NCBI GenBank assembly: GCA_963800865.1
Contig: CAWDCL010000004.1
Span: forward strand, 1,935,339 to 1,999,338
DNA length: 64,000 nucleotides
Reading direction: 5' to 3'
Origin: an uncultured Acidobacteriota bacterium
GTDB lineage: Bacteria > Acidobacteriota > Polarisedimenticolia > J045
Shown here piece by piece: positions 40,052-52,320 of this stretch (positions are counted from its first letter, which is position 1; each line of letters opens with the position of its first letter). The position numbers and the translations under genes are program-made. Under the pieces are notes generated by a model. The model was given only the letters and a program-made list of their open reading frames with translations. It was not told the DNA's origin and ran no database searches.

Positions 40052-41587
40052 GTGGGCGCGGTCTTGCGCGAAGTGGAAGTGCGGGTGCTGGAGGCCCTTC
40101 CGCCGGAGCGGGAGGCGATCGGGGTCGAGGACCTGGCGCGCGCCCTGGAGCTCGACCAGAGCCCGGTGGCGGGCGCGGTCGCGACCCTCGCGGAACGCGG
40201 CCTGGTGACCGTCCTCGAGGAGTCCGAGGACGAGTACCGCGTCGGTGCCAAGGCGGCCGCCTGGCAGGGGGCCGTCTTCCCGGAGCGGCGAGTCGCGCGA
40301 GCCCTGGTGGCGGCGGGCGGCGAGGCCGACATCCCGGCGCTCGCCGCGGCCTCGGGGCTGTCGGCGAAGGAGGTCGGCGAGTCGCTGCGCTGGCTGACCC
40401 AGCGCGGGTGGGCCGCCAAGGACGGGGCGCGGCTGCGCGCGACGGAGGCCTGGACCGGCACGGAGCCCGCGGCGGAGCCCGACGAGCGCCTGCTGCAGTT
40501 CCTCGTCGAGCACGGGCCCGCGCGCCGGGATGCGGTGCTGGCCGCCGGCGAGGCGCTCGACGCCGCGCTCGAGCGGCTGGCCGCGCGGGCCGGGGTCGTC
40601 GAGCGCCGCGAGCGGCGCCGGCGGCTGGTCGCGATGACCGTTGACGGCGCGGCGCTCCGGGCGGGAGGGGTCGAGTCCCGCCGCGAAGTCAACGAGCTGA
40701 CCACCGAGCTGCTGGTGTCGGGACGCTGGCGCGAGGCCGAGTTCCGCGCGTACGACGTCAGCCTGCCCGGTCCCGCGCTGGTCCCGGGCAAGGAACACCC
40801 GTTCCGGCGGATCCTCCACGAGACCCGGCGGGTCTTCCTCGAGATGGGGTTCGAGGAGACGAAGAGCCCGTGGGTCGAGTCGGCGTTCTGGGACTTCGAC
40901 GCCCTGTTCCAGCCGCAGGACCACCCGGCGCGCGACATGCAGGACACTTTCTACGTGGCGCGTCCGGAGCGCGCAGCGCTGCCCGATCCCGCGCTGGTCG
41001 AGCGCGTGCGCCGCACCCACGAGGACGGCGGCGACACCGGCTCGATCGGTTGGCGGACGCGGTGGGACCCGGCGCTGGCCGAGCGCTGCGTGCTGCGCAC
41101 GCACACGACGGCTGCGACCGCGCGCGCGCTTTACGCCGACCCCCGGCCGCCGCGCCGCATCTTCTCGGTCGGCCCGGTCTTCCGGCGCGAGACGATCGAC
41201 TACAAGCACCTGCCGGTCTTCCACCAGGTCGACGGGATCGTGATCGACGCCAACGCGTCGTTCGCGATGCTGCTGACGCTCCTGGCGACCTTCTACCGGA
41301 AGATGGGGTTCCCGCGGATCCAGTTCCGGCCCGCCTTCTTCCCCTACACCGAGCCGTCGGTCGAGGTCTTCGTCTACCTCGAGTCGCGCCGGGACTGGGT
41401 CGAGATGGGCGGGGCCGGGATCTTCCGGCCCGAGGTCACCGAGCCGCTCGGCTGCACCGCGCCGGTGCTGGCCTGGGGTCTCGGCCTCGAGCGGGTGGCG
41501 ATGTTCCGCTTCGGCCTGTCGGACATCCGCGAGATCTACCTCGCCCACCTCGAGTGGCTCAAGGAGACGCCGCTGTGCCGATCCTAG
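40052..41587 (+). CDS. pheS: Phenylalanine--tRNA ligase alpha subunit, archaeal/eukaryotic type
   Basis: 511 aa with N-terminal wHTH-like domains; LTTELLVSGRW, FWDFDALFQPQDHPARDMQDTFY, LRTHTT, FRRETIDYKHL, FFPYTEPS, GAGIFRPEV, AWGLGLER. Confidence 0.95.
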   Translation: MGAVLREVEVRVLEALPPEREAIGVEDLARALELDQSPVAGAVATLAERGLVTVLEESEDEYRVGAKAAAWQGAVFPERRVARALVAAGGEADIPALAAASGLSAKEVGESLRWLTQRGWAAKDGARLRATEAWTGTEPAAEPDERLLQFLVEHGPARRDAVLAAGEALDAALERLAARAGVVERRERRRRLVAMTVDGAALRAGGVESRREVNELTTELLVSGRWREAEFRAYDVSLPGPALVPGKEHPFRRILHETRRVFLEMGFEETKSPWVESAFWDFDALFQPQDHPARDMQDTFYVARPERAALPDPALVERVRRTHEDGGDTGSIGWRTRWDPALAERCVLRTHTTAATARALYADPRPPRRIFSVGPVFRRETIDYKHLPVFHQVDGIVIDANASFAMLLTLLATFYRKMGFPRIQFRPAFFPYTEPSVEVFVYLESRRDWVEMGGAGIFRPEVTEPLGCTAPVLAWGLGLERVAMFRFGLSDIREIYLAHLEWLKETPLCRS

Positions 41588-43396
41588 GGATCCCGCTCGA
41601 CGAGCTCTTCGCGCGCTTCGGCGCGACCATCGAGCCCGCCGAGCTCGAGCACCAGCTGCACCGCTTCGGCTGCTCGGTCGAGGGCTGGGCGACCGCCTAC
41701 CGCTGGCGCTGTCCCTCGTGCGGCACGCTCTCCGAAGGGGGCGAGGACGCGGCGCCGCCGCCGGCCTGCGAGGGCTGCGGGGCCGACCTGCGCTCCGCCG
41801 CCACGCCCGCGGCGCCGGCCGGCCAGGTCCAGGTGCTGCGGATGGAACTGCTCGCCGTGCGGCCCGACCTGTTCGGCCCGGAGGGGCTGGCGCGCGGGCT
41901 GCGGGGCTTCCTGCGCCGCGAGTCGGGCGCGCCGCGCTACCGGGTCGAGCCCGGGACCTTCACGGTCGACGTGGACCCCGCGCTGGCGGGGCCGGGCGTG
42001 CACCGCCCCCGGATCGTGGCCGCGATCGTGCGCGGGCTGACGCTCGACGACGCGCGGCTGCGCGGCCTGATGAAGCTGCAGGAGAACGTCCACTGGGCGC
42101 TGGGCCGCGACCGCAAGCTGGCCTCGATCGGCGTCTACGACCTGGCGACCGTCGCCGGTCCCGCGCTCTCGTACCGCGCGGTCGAGCTGGACGGCGTGCG
42201 CTTCGTGCCGCTGGGTTTCGATCCGGCGCAGCCGCACGCCGCGCTGACGCCGCGCGAGATCCTGCAGAAGCACCCCAAGGGGACCGCCTACGCCTGGCTG
42301 CTGGAAGGGAACACCAGGGCCCCGCTGCTGGCCGACGCGAAGGGGGGCGTGCTGTCGATGCCCCCGATCATCAACAGCGAGGCGACGCGCGTCACGACCG
42401 CGACGAAGGACGTCGTGATCGACGTCACGGGATTGGCCGACCGCCACATCGACAAGGCGCTGGCGATGGTCGTCACCAGCCTGCTCGAGGCCTGCCCGGA
42501 CGCGCACGCCGAGACGGTCACGGTCCGCTACGCGGACGGGACGCGCGTCACGCCCGACCTCGCGCCGCACGAGGTCGTCCTCGATCCGGTCGCCGCCGGC
42601 CGGTTGATCGGCGTGGCGTGGACCGCCGACGAAGTCGCCGAGCTGCTGCGCTTCATGCGCCACGATGCGTCGGTGGCCGACGGCCAGGTGCGCGTGCTGG
42701 TCCCGGCCTGGCGCTCGGACATCCTGCACCCGCGCGACCTGGTCGAGGACGCGGCGATCGCTCACGGCTACGACCGGATCCCGGCCGTCGGCCTGGCGGC
42801 GGCGACGATCGGCCTGCCCGAGCCGCGCGAGGAGGACGCCGCGCGGGCGCGCGTGGCGCTCGCCGGGATGGGCTTCCTCGAGGTCATGACGCTCGCGCTG
42901 ACCTCGGAGGAGGCGACCTACCGCAAGACCGGACTGCCCGACGACGACCGCCAGGTCAGGATCGAGAACCCGATCTCGATCGAGCAGACGATGGTCCGGG
43001 TCTCGGTCGTGCCGGGACTGCTGGAGACGCTGGCGATCAACCTCGGGCCACCCGTACCCGCAGCGGATCTTCGAGGTCGGTCTCGTGGTGCACGCCGACG
43101 CGTCGCGCGAGACCGGCGCGGCGGAGACGATGGTCGCCGGCTGCGCGCTGGCGGGCGACGGGTTCGGCTACGCCGACGTGCGCTCCACGGTCGACGCGCT
43201 GCTGCGCGAGACCGGGCGCGACGCCGGCGGGACCAACTTCCGCGCGCTGGACTGGCCGCTCTTCATCCCGGGCCGCGGGGCCGAGATCCTCGATGGGGCG
43301 GGGGAGCGGATCGGGGTCGTGGGCGAGGTCCACCCCGAGGTGCTGACGCGCTACCGGATGATCCACCCGGTCGCGCTCGCCGAGATCACCCTCTAG
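41575..43396 (+). CDS. pheT: Phenylalanine--tRNA ligase beta subunit, archaeal type (apparent +1 frameshift near 43045)
   Basis: RPDL..PEGLAR, KLQENVH..LGRDRK.ASIG.YD, VLSMPPIINS, R.DILHPRDLVED.AI..GY. The HPYPQRIFEVG and FIPGR/GEVHP C-terminus is in the next frame. Confidence 0.9.
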
Positions 43397-44534
43397 GCGC
43401 GCCGCGCACCGCGTAGATCAGCAGCCGGGCCTCGATCCCGCTGATCGTCAACGGGATCCGGCGCTCGGCCTTGAACCCGAGGTGCCGGGTGATCGCGGCG
43501 TTTCCGGACAGCGCGGCGAGCGTCCAGCCCGCGAGCCGTTGCCGCGCCAGCGTTCCGAGTCCGCGCCACGCGCCGGCGGCCTCGTCGGCCAGCCGCAGCC
43601 CCCACGGCGGGTTGGTCAGGACGAGGCCCGGGCCGTCCGGCGGCTCGACCGTCTCGATCTCGGCGCATTCGAGCTCGACGTGGCGCCCGAGTCCCTGGCG
43701 CTCGAGCGCGGCGCGCGCCTCCGCCAGCGCGCGCGGGTTGCGGTCCGAGGCGAGGAACGGGGCGTGCAGGGGAATCCGCTCGGGACGCAGTTCGCGGGCG
43801 ATCGCCTCGAGCGGGAGGCTCGCGAACGGAAGCAGGGCCGAGACGGCCAGCGAATCCGGCGGTCGCTGCGGCGGGATCCCGAGCGCAAGCGCCGCCGCTT
43901 CGGCGACCAGGGTTCCCGTTCCGCAGAACGGGTCGAGCAGCGGGCGCTCGGGATCGACGCCGGCCAGCAGGGCGATCCCCGCCGCGACGTCTTCCCGCAG
44001 CGGCGCGACCCCCTGGCGTCCGGTCCCCCGCGCGTGGAGGCTGTGGCCTCCGAGGTCGATCCCGGCCGACGCGGCGCCGCGCTCGAGCCGGAAGTCGACC
44101 AGGATCCGCGCCCCGCGCGGGTCGACCGGCGGGGCCGCCAGGCCGCGCGCGGCAAAGCGGTCGCGAATCGAGTCCTTGACCAGCCGCGCGGTGTGGAGCG
44201 GCGAGCGCAACTCCTCCGTGGTGCCGGTGACGCGGACGGCCCAGGCGACCTCGCGCGGCAGCCACTCCTCCCAGGCGATCCGGGTCAACTCGGGCTGAAA
44301 CCCCTCGGCTTCCTCGGGGAGCCCCGTCGCGAGTTCCAGGATCACGCGCGGCGCCGAGCGCAGCCCGAGCGTCAGCCGCGCCCCCAGCAGCAGGTCGCCC
44401 GGCACGCGCACCGCGCCCCGCGCCGCGGACAGCGGCTCGGGGCCGCCGAGACGGCGCACCTCGTCCGCCACCGCCGGCTCGAGGCCGGCGGTCACGGCGA
44501 GGCGGAAGACGAGAGGGGCCGCCGTAACGCTCAG
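43386..44534 (-). CDS. THUMP-domain RNA methyltransferase (RlmL-like, single MTase domain)
   Basis: [36 protein letters not shown]. Start codon uncertain (CTG 44534 or GTG 44495). Confidence 0.85.
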   Translation of the reverse strand: MSVTAAPLVFRLAVTAGLEPAVADEVRRLGGPEPLSAARGAVRVPGDLLLGARLTLGLRSAPRVILELATGLPEEAEGFQPELTRIAWEEWLPREVAWAVRVTGTTEELRSPLHTARLVKDSIRDRFAARGLAAPPVDPRGARILVDFRLERGAASAGIDLGGHSLHARGTGRQGVAPLREDVAAGIALLAGVDPERPLLDPFCGTGTLVAEAAALALGIPPQRPPDSLAVSALLPFASLPLEAIARELRPERIPLHAPFLASDRNPRALAEARAALERQGLGRHVELECAEIETVEPPDGPGLVLTNPPWGLRLADEAAGAWRGLGTLARQRLAGWTLAALSGNAAITRHLGFKAERRIPLTISGIEARLLIYAVRGAPRG

Positions 44535-44884
44535 GCGAGCGCGGCGCGCGCCTTGTCGACGAGCTGCGTGAAGGTCTGCGGCTGCTGCAGCGCCAGGTCG
44601 GCCAGAACGCGCCGATCGAGCTCGATGCCGGCCCTCTTCAACCCGTCGATGAAGCGGCTGTAGGAGATCCCGTTGGCGCGCGAGGCGGCGCCGATGCGGG
44701 TGATCCACAGCGCGCGGAAATGGCGCTTCTTCTGCTTGCGCCCGGCGTAGGCGAAGAGCAGGGAACGATCGACCTGCAGCTTCGCGATCCGGTAGCAGTT
44801 GTGCTTCGAGAGGTAGTAGCCCTTGGCACGGGCCAGGATCTTGCGCCGGCGGTCGCGCCGGTTGGTACCCCGTTTCACGCGCAT
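44531..44884 (-). CDS. rplT: 50S ribosomal protein L20
   Basis: [33 protein letters not shown]...[13 protein letters not shown]. Confidence 0.97.
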   Translation of the reverse strand: MRVKRGTNRRDRRRKILARAKGYYLSKHNCYRIAKLQVDRSLLFAYAGRKQKKRHFRALWITRIGAASRANGISYSRFIDGLKRAGIELDRRVLADLALQQPQTFTQLVDKARAALA

Positions 44885-44959
44885 GGTGCGTTCTCCTTTC
44901 TCACCCTGGCCGGACGGGGAAGACCGGCTTCAGGTGACGCGGCGAGCCGAGCTCGGCCG

Positions 44960-45164
44960 TCAGGGGCGCCCGTAGGGGAGCATCCCGATGAAGTTCTTCT
45001 CGTCGGCCTTGCGAGATGAACGTCTCGGTGTCCAGGTGGCGGCGCCGCTTGCTGTCCTTCTTGGTGAGGATGTGGCTCTTGTTGGCCTTCGAGCGCTTGA
45101 GCTTTCCGTTGGCGGTGATCCGGATTCGCTTGGCGGCTCCCCGGTGGGTCTTCATCTTCGGCAT
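44960..45164 (-). CDS. rpmI: 50S ribosomal protein L35 (apparent 1-nt insertion near 45012)
   Basis: [13 protein letters not shown]...HILTKK; the canonical tail [14 protein letters not shown] lies in the +1 frame and stops at 44960. Confidence 0.92.
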
Positions 45165-45197
45165 GGCGGACTCCTGTGGGTGCCTTCTCGTGCGGGT

Positions 45198-47138
<1,941 letters not shown>

Positions 47139-47271
47139 CCTGACGCTCCCTTGCTCCGTCCTGCTTGCGGCGCGCCGGTGATGGGAACGGCGCCGCCGCC
47201 CGGTTCGGCCCAGCCCGCGGACATGTCCCCGGTCTTTCGATGGGGAAGGCCCGTCTGCCGGGCCCCGGGAC

Positions 47272-47346
47272 TGGTAGGCGCGGGCGGTTTCGAACCGCCG
47301 ACCTCTACCGTGTCAAGGTAGCGCTCTCCCACTGAGCTACGCGCCT
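47272..47346 (-). tRNA. tRNA-Val(GAC)
   Basis: aggcgcgtagctcagtgggagagcgctaccttGACacggtagaggtcggcggttcgaaaccgcccgcgcctacca: cloverleaf, TTC loop, encoded CCA. Confidence 0.97.
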
Positions 47347-47423
47347 CTACGCCTGCCGCAGAAAACCGGCGGGCGGCATCACACCCACGCGGCGCTCGCA
47401 CGCCGGCAGGGGCGAAGCCGGGG

Positions 47424-47452
47424 ATGCTATCAGCCCCCCCGGGGGGTGTCAA
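47424..47452 (-). promoter_or_regulatory. sigma70 promoter of tRNA-Val/thrS
   Basis: TTGACA-N17-TAGCAT with an extended TG on the minus strand. Confidence 0.75.
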
Positions 47453-47604
47453 TCCGCGCCCGGTCAGCAGTTACGGGAGTTGCCCCCTCTGGTTGCCGGG
47501 GGCCGCCACCGTCCGCTAACATTCAACGGTTCGACCCGCGCCGAATCGTCCTTTGCCTGACTTTCGCCTGCCGCCGGGACGGCGCGCCGGGACCGGAGCA
47601 CTCG

Positions 47605-48753
47605 ATGGAATCCATCCTCGCCCTCGAAGACGGCCGTGTCTTCCAGGGGAAACGGTTCGGTGCTGTCGGCAGGGTCAGTGGCGAAGTCGTCTTCAACACC
47701 GGCATGACCGGCTACCAGGAGATCCTCACCGATCCGTCCTATGCCGGCCAGCTGGTCTGCCTCACCGTGCCCCACGTCGGGAATACCGGCGTCAACTCCC
47801 AGGACCCCGAGGCCGACCGGATCCAGGCGGCCGGCCTGATCGTGCGCGAGGGCTCGACGACGGCCTCGTCCTGGCGCGCCGACGGCGACCTCCCGCAGTA
47901 CCTCGTCTCGGCCGGCGTCGTCGGGATCAGCGGGATCGACACCCGCGCGCTGACCCGCCACCTGCGCTCCGCCGGCGTGATGCGCGGCCTGCTCGCCACC
48001 GACGGGACGGGCGCCGAGGAAGCGGTCGCCCTCGCCCGCTCCGCCCCCGCGATCGGCGAAGTCGACCTGGTGGGACGGGTGACCTGCGCACGCTCGCACG
48101 CCTGGCGCGAGGGCCGCTCCGGATTGCTCGGCGCCTTCTCCGAGGCGCCGGCGATGGGACCGCACGTCGTCGCCTTCGACTACGGGATCAAGCGCAACAT
48201 GCTCCGGTTGCTGGCCGACTCCGGATTCCGCCTGACGGTCGTCCCGGCCCACACCTCGGCCTCGGAGGCCCTGGCGCTGCGCCCGGACGGGATCTTCCTC
48301 TCCAACGGACCCGGCGACCCCGCGGTCTGCCGGTCCCAGATCGAGACGATCCGCGCGCTGCTGGGACGGGTGCCGATCTTCGGGATCTGCCTCGGCCACC
48401 AGCTCGCGGCGCACGCGCTGGGAGGAAGGACATTCAAGCTCAAGTTCGGCCACCGCGGGATCAACCATCCCGTGCGGGACGAGCGCACCGGCCGGGTCGC
48501 CATCACCTCGCAGAACCATGGCTATGCCGTGGCCGACGAGGGGCTGCCGGACGTCGTCGAGGTCACGCACCGCAGCCTCTACGACGGGACCGTGGAGGGC
48601 CTGGCCCACCGCGAGCTGCCGTTCTTCAGCGTGCAGTACCACCCCGAAGCGGCGCCGGGGCCCCACGACGCGTGGGACCTCTTCGGCCGCTTCGCCCAGA
48701 TGATGGCCGCCGGGCGTCCGCATGTTCCGTCCGTGCGGTTGCGCTCGGCATGA
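47605..48753 (+). CDS. carA: Carbamoyl-phosphate synthase small subunit
   Basis: [56 protein letters not shown]. Confidence 0.97.
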   Translation: MESILALEDGRVFQGKRFGAVGRVSGEVVFNTGMTGYQEILTDPSYAGQLVCLTVPHVGNTGVNSQDPEADRIQAAGLIVREGSTTASSWRADGDLPQYLVSAGVVGISGIDTRALTRHLRSAGVMRGLLATDGTGAEEAVALARSAPAIGEVDLVGRVTCARSHAWREGRSGLLGAFSEAPAMGPHVVAFDYGIKRNMLRLLADSGFRLTVVPAHTSASEALALRPDGIFLSNGPGDPAVCRSQIETIRALLGRVPIFGICLGHQLAAHALGGRTFKLKFGHRGINHPVRDERTGRVAITSQNHGYAVADEGLPDVVEVTHRSLYDGTVEGLAHRELPFFSVQYHPEAAPGPHDAWDLFGRFAQMMAAGRPHVPSVRLRSA

Positions 48754-48778
48754 GCGCCTTTTCGCGGAGAGGGTAAGG

Positions 48779-49924
48779 ATGGCCGACTGGAAGTCGCCGA
48801 TGCGCGCGGATCCCTCCGAGTGGCTGGTGCTCAACGCCGGGGCGCCGCTCAAGTACCGCCTGCTGACCGAGCTGCACAACCTCACCGTGGCCGACCCCAA
48901 CGTCGCCAAGCTGCGGCAGGAGTGCATCGCCTGGCCGGCGGCGAAGCAGGAGATGCGTTACCAGCGCCAGGACGGCTCGTGGGGCGGCGTGGCGCTGGGG
49001 GGCGATCCGCGCAAGACCGATCGCTCGACCGAGCGCACGCTCTGGTGGCTCTACGAGCTGACCTGGGATCGCGAGTCCAAAGAGGTGCGCAACGCGGCCA
49101 AGATGCTCAAGAGCTTCCTGACCCACAAGAAGGACATCCCGCTCTTCGAGTTCAAGACGCAGGTCAAGCAGGACCCGCTGCGCGAGCGGCACTACCGCTG
49201 GCTGCTCAAGATCGCGGCGCTCCCGCTGCTCGCCCGCGGCGGCTACCTCGAGGACAAGGTCCTCGACGCGGTCGAGGAGCTGATGAACAACGTCATGTCG
49301 TTCGTCAGCGACCCGGTCTCGCGCCGCCCGGTCGAGCACGTCGGCGTCGGCCTGCCGCAGCTCCGGCCGGAGGCGTTCCGGCAGCACTACGTCTTCATCC
49401 CCGACATCTACATCCTCCGGACCTTCGCCCACGTGCCGATGATGCTCGACTCGCAGCGGGCGCGGAACATCCTCAAGAAGATCTTCGACTACGTGCTGTC
49501 GCCGGACTACCAGGACCTCGGCTACGACATCGGGTCGATCCGGACGGCGCGCGGCTCGATTCCGCGGAGCTTCGGGATCCAGCTGCGGCCGATCGAGGAA
49601 TACACCGAGAAGGGGAACCTCGAGGAGCTGTTCTACCTGCTCGAGCAGTTCGCGCGGCTGGGGCTGATCAACCGCTACCCGACGCTGATGGGCTACCTCG
49701 AGTGGCTGCTGGCCCAGCAGCAGAAGGACGGGCGCTGGGACCTGCCGCAGAAGTACTTCGGCGCCAAGCCGCTCTACCAGTCGTGGGTCCGGCTCGAGAA
49801 GGACTGGAAGAGCCCCAACCGGCGGATCGCCGACGTGACCTTCCGGATCATGCTGATCCTGCGCTACCAGTGGGAACGGCAGATCAAGATGCTCGACCGC
49901 GGCGCCGACATGTATGCCTTCTGA
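48779..49924 (+). CDS. Hypothetical protein with QW-like (prenyltransferase/squalene-cyclase repeat) motifs
   Basis: Strong GC3 codon bias; [11 protein letters not shown] and [12 protein letters not shown] motifs; helical pattern. Confidence 0.75.
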   Translation: MADWKSPMRADPSEWLVLNAGAPLKYRLLTELHNLTVADPNVAKLRQECIAWPAAKQEMRYQRQDGSWGGVALGGDPRKTDRSTERTLWWLYELTWDRESKEVRNAAKMLKSFLTHKKDIPLFEFKTQVKQDPLRERHYRWLLKIAALPLLARGGYLEDKVLDAVEELMNNVMSFVSDPVSRRPVEHVGVGLPQLRPEAFRQHYVFIPDIYILRTFAHVPMMLDSQRARNILKKIFDYVLSPDYQDLGYDIGSIRTARGSIPRSFGIQLRPIEEYTEKGNLEELFYLLEQFARLGLINRYPTLMGYLEWLLAQQQKDGRWDLPQKYFGAKPLYQSWVRLEKDWKSPNRRIADVTFRIMLILRYQWERQIKMLDRGADMYAF

Positions 49925-51978
49925 CCGGCCCGCCGGTGCGCCGGCGTTCCTGGTCTCGCGCGCCGTCCGGCGCCGGGCGCACGAGGTCGCGATCGGCGAC
50001 GTGATCGTCGGCGGGCGGCACCCGATCGCGGTCCAGTCGATGACCACGACCCGCACCGCGGACGCCGCGGCCACCGCCGCCCAGGTCGCCGCGCTGGCGC
50101 GCGCCGGCTGCGCGATCGTGCGCGTGACGGTCCCCTCCAAGCCGGACGCCGAGGCGCTCCCGGAGATCCGGCGGATCCTGGCGCAGGAAGGGGTGACGGT
50201 CCCGCTCGTCGCGGACATCCACTTCACGCCGAACCTCGCGCTCGCCGTGGTCGACCTGGTCGAGAAGGTGCGGGTCAATCCCGGGAACTTCGCCGACCGC
50301 AAGAGCCTGAAGGGCGAGGCCTACGACGACGCGCGCTGGGAGCAGGACGTGCAGCGCCTCTACGAGCTCTTCGCGCCGCTCGTCGACCGCGCGCGGGAGC
50401 GCGGCGTGGCGCTGCGGATCGGCACCAACCACGGCTCGCTCTCGGACCGGATCGTGCACCGCTTCGGCGACAGCCCGCTGGGGATGGTCGAGTCGGCGCT
50501 GGAGTTCGTCCGGATCGCGGAGGACCGCGGCTTCGACCGGATCGTGATCTCGATGAAGGCCAGCAACCCGCAGGTCATGGTGCGCGCCTACCGGCTGCTG
50601 GTGGACCGCCTCGACCGCGAGCACCGGCCGTACCCGCTGCACCTCGGCGTGACCGAGGCCGGGGGCGGCGACGAGGGTCGGATCAAGTCGTCGGCCGGGA
50701 TCGCGACGCTGCTGGCCGACGGGCTGGGCGACACCGTGCGGGTCTCGCTCACCGAAGACCCGGTCAACGAGGTGCCGGTGGCGCGGGAGCTGGTCCGGCA
50801 GTTCGGACTGGGCGGGACTCTGCCCGGAGCGGACGTTGAGACGACGGGTCCGCTCGAGCGCGGCGGGAATCCTCCGGTCGAAGTCGTCGAGACGCGGGAC
50901 CCGCTCGACCCGGTGCGGCGCCCCGCGGCGCGGATCGAGGCCGGTCCGATGGCGTTTGGCGGCGACGAAGTGCCGCGCGTCGAGCTGGTCGGTCGCGGCG
51001 GGCGGGGCGCGCGAGGCGGCGGCCCTGCTGGCGCTGCGGCCGCCGGTCGAGGTGGTCGACGTGCCGGTCGCGGACGCTGCCGGGCTCGACGCCGCCGTCG
51101 CGTTCCTCGCGCAGTTTCCGGCGGGGGTGGTGACGCGCTCGCTCACGCTGGAGAACGCGCAGGCGCGTGCCGCGGCCTTCGCGCGCCGCGCGGCGTGGGC
51201 CTCCAGGGTCGACCGGCTCACCCTCGTGGTGGGTGAGGACGAGTCATTCGGCGCATCCCTCGCAGCGACCGGCGGCCTGCCCGTCCTCGTGCTGCTGCGC
51301 ACGGACGGCGCGCCGGGCGCCGCGGGGACCGAAGCGATCGCGCGCTTTGCGTCGGCCGTCGCCGGCCTCGCCCCGGGCGTGATGGCCGGATTGCAGCTTG
51401 GAGAGCGCGCTGCGCCGATCGAGTCCAATCGCCTGCTGGCCGCGTGCCTCGACCGGGCCGGCTCGCGGGCGCCGATCGTGCTCGGCGATCGACCGTCTGC
51501 GGCCGGCGACGACCGCCGGGTCGGCGTCGCGGGGCGGCTCGGCTCGCTGCTGCTGGACGGGATCGGCGACGCGGTGCGGCTCCCCGCGGGGCCCGACGCG
51601 GCGGCGACGGCGAAGCTCCTGCACGACGTGCTGCAGGCCGCGCGCCGGCGGCTCGAGCGCGCCGACTACATTGCCTGCCCGTCGTGCGGGCGGACGCTCT
51701 TCGAGCTCGAGGAGACGACCGAGCGGGTGCGGCAGCTGACCGCGCACCTGAAGCTGAAGATCGCGGTGATGGGGTGCGTCGTGAACGGGCCGGGCGAGAT
51801 GGCCGATGCCGACTTCGGCTACGTCGGGTGGGGCGCGGGGAAGGTGGCGCTCTTCGTCGGCCGCGAGCTGGTCGAGCGTGACGTGCCGTCGGCCGAGGCG
51901 CCGCAGAAGCTGGTCGACCTGATCCGCTCGCGGGGGCGCTGGACCGACCCGGAACCCGCGCCGGAAACCGCTCCGTAG
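49914..51978 (+). CDS. ispG: HMBPP synthase IspG, long form with insert domain (apparent +1 frameshift near 50988)
   Basis: [48 protein letters not shown] in frame 1; [27 protein letters not shown] in the next frame. Confidence 0.92.
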
Positions 51979-52129
51979 CGCGATCCGGTCCGGATTCGCA
52001 CCGGGTTCGGCCAGCGTCCGGACGGGCTGGCCGATCGTCGGACAGCGTGACCCGCACGCGGCTTTCGGCCGAGCGCCGACGGAAACCCGAAACCCCTTTC
52101 TTACTTCGACTTGCCGGTGTTCAGCAGGC

Positions 52130-52145
52130 TGGCACGGGGGTTGTA
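52130..52145 (+). promoter_or_regulatory. Candidate sigma54 (-24/-12) promoter
   Basis: TGGCACG-GGGG-TTGTA versus consensus TGGCACG-N4-TTGCW (one mismatch, at the -12 C). Confidence 0.45.
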
Positions 52146-52320
52146 ATAGGGATGTTCGCTACCGAGAGCCGCCCTCACGAAACCGGAGTGGCCCGACCCT
52201 CCGGACTTGCGGCTCGGAAAGGACTCGCGCGCCCCTGACCCTCTCCTCTTCGGGACCTCCGCACCCTCGGGGCCCTGGCCGATCCCCCCGGCCTGGGCCC
52301 CAAAATCTTTGCGCGCCTGG

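Noticed and set aside
37060-40644. 1194-aa ORF antisense to rny/zapA
   Set aside because: Shadow ORF that crosses the 6S RNA and divergent promoters.
47139-47271. Possible T-box or thrS leader regulatory element
   Set aside because: No T-box consensus (AAGGTGGTACCGCG-like) and the region is short; it contains only GC hairpins after the tRNA.
52152-52238. 28-aa small ORF MFATESRPHETG...
   Set aside because: Poor codon bias, weak SD, and the ATG lies at or before the predicted sigma54 start; kept only as an alternative to the sRNA hypothesis.
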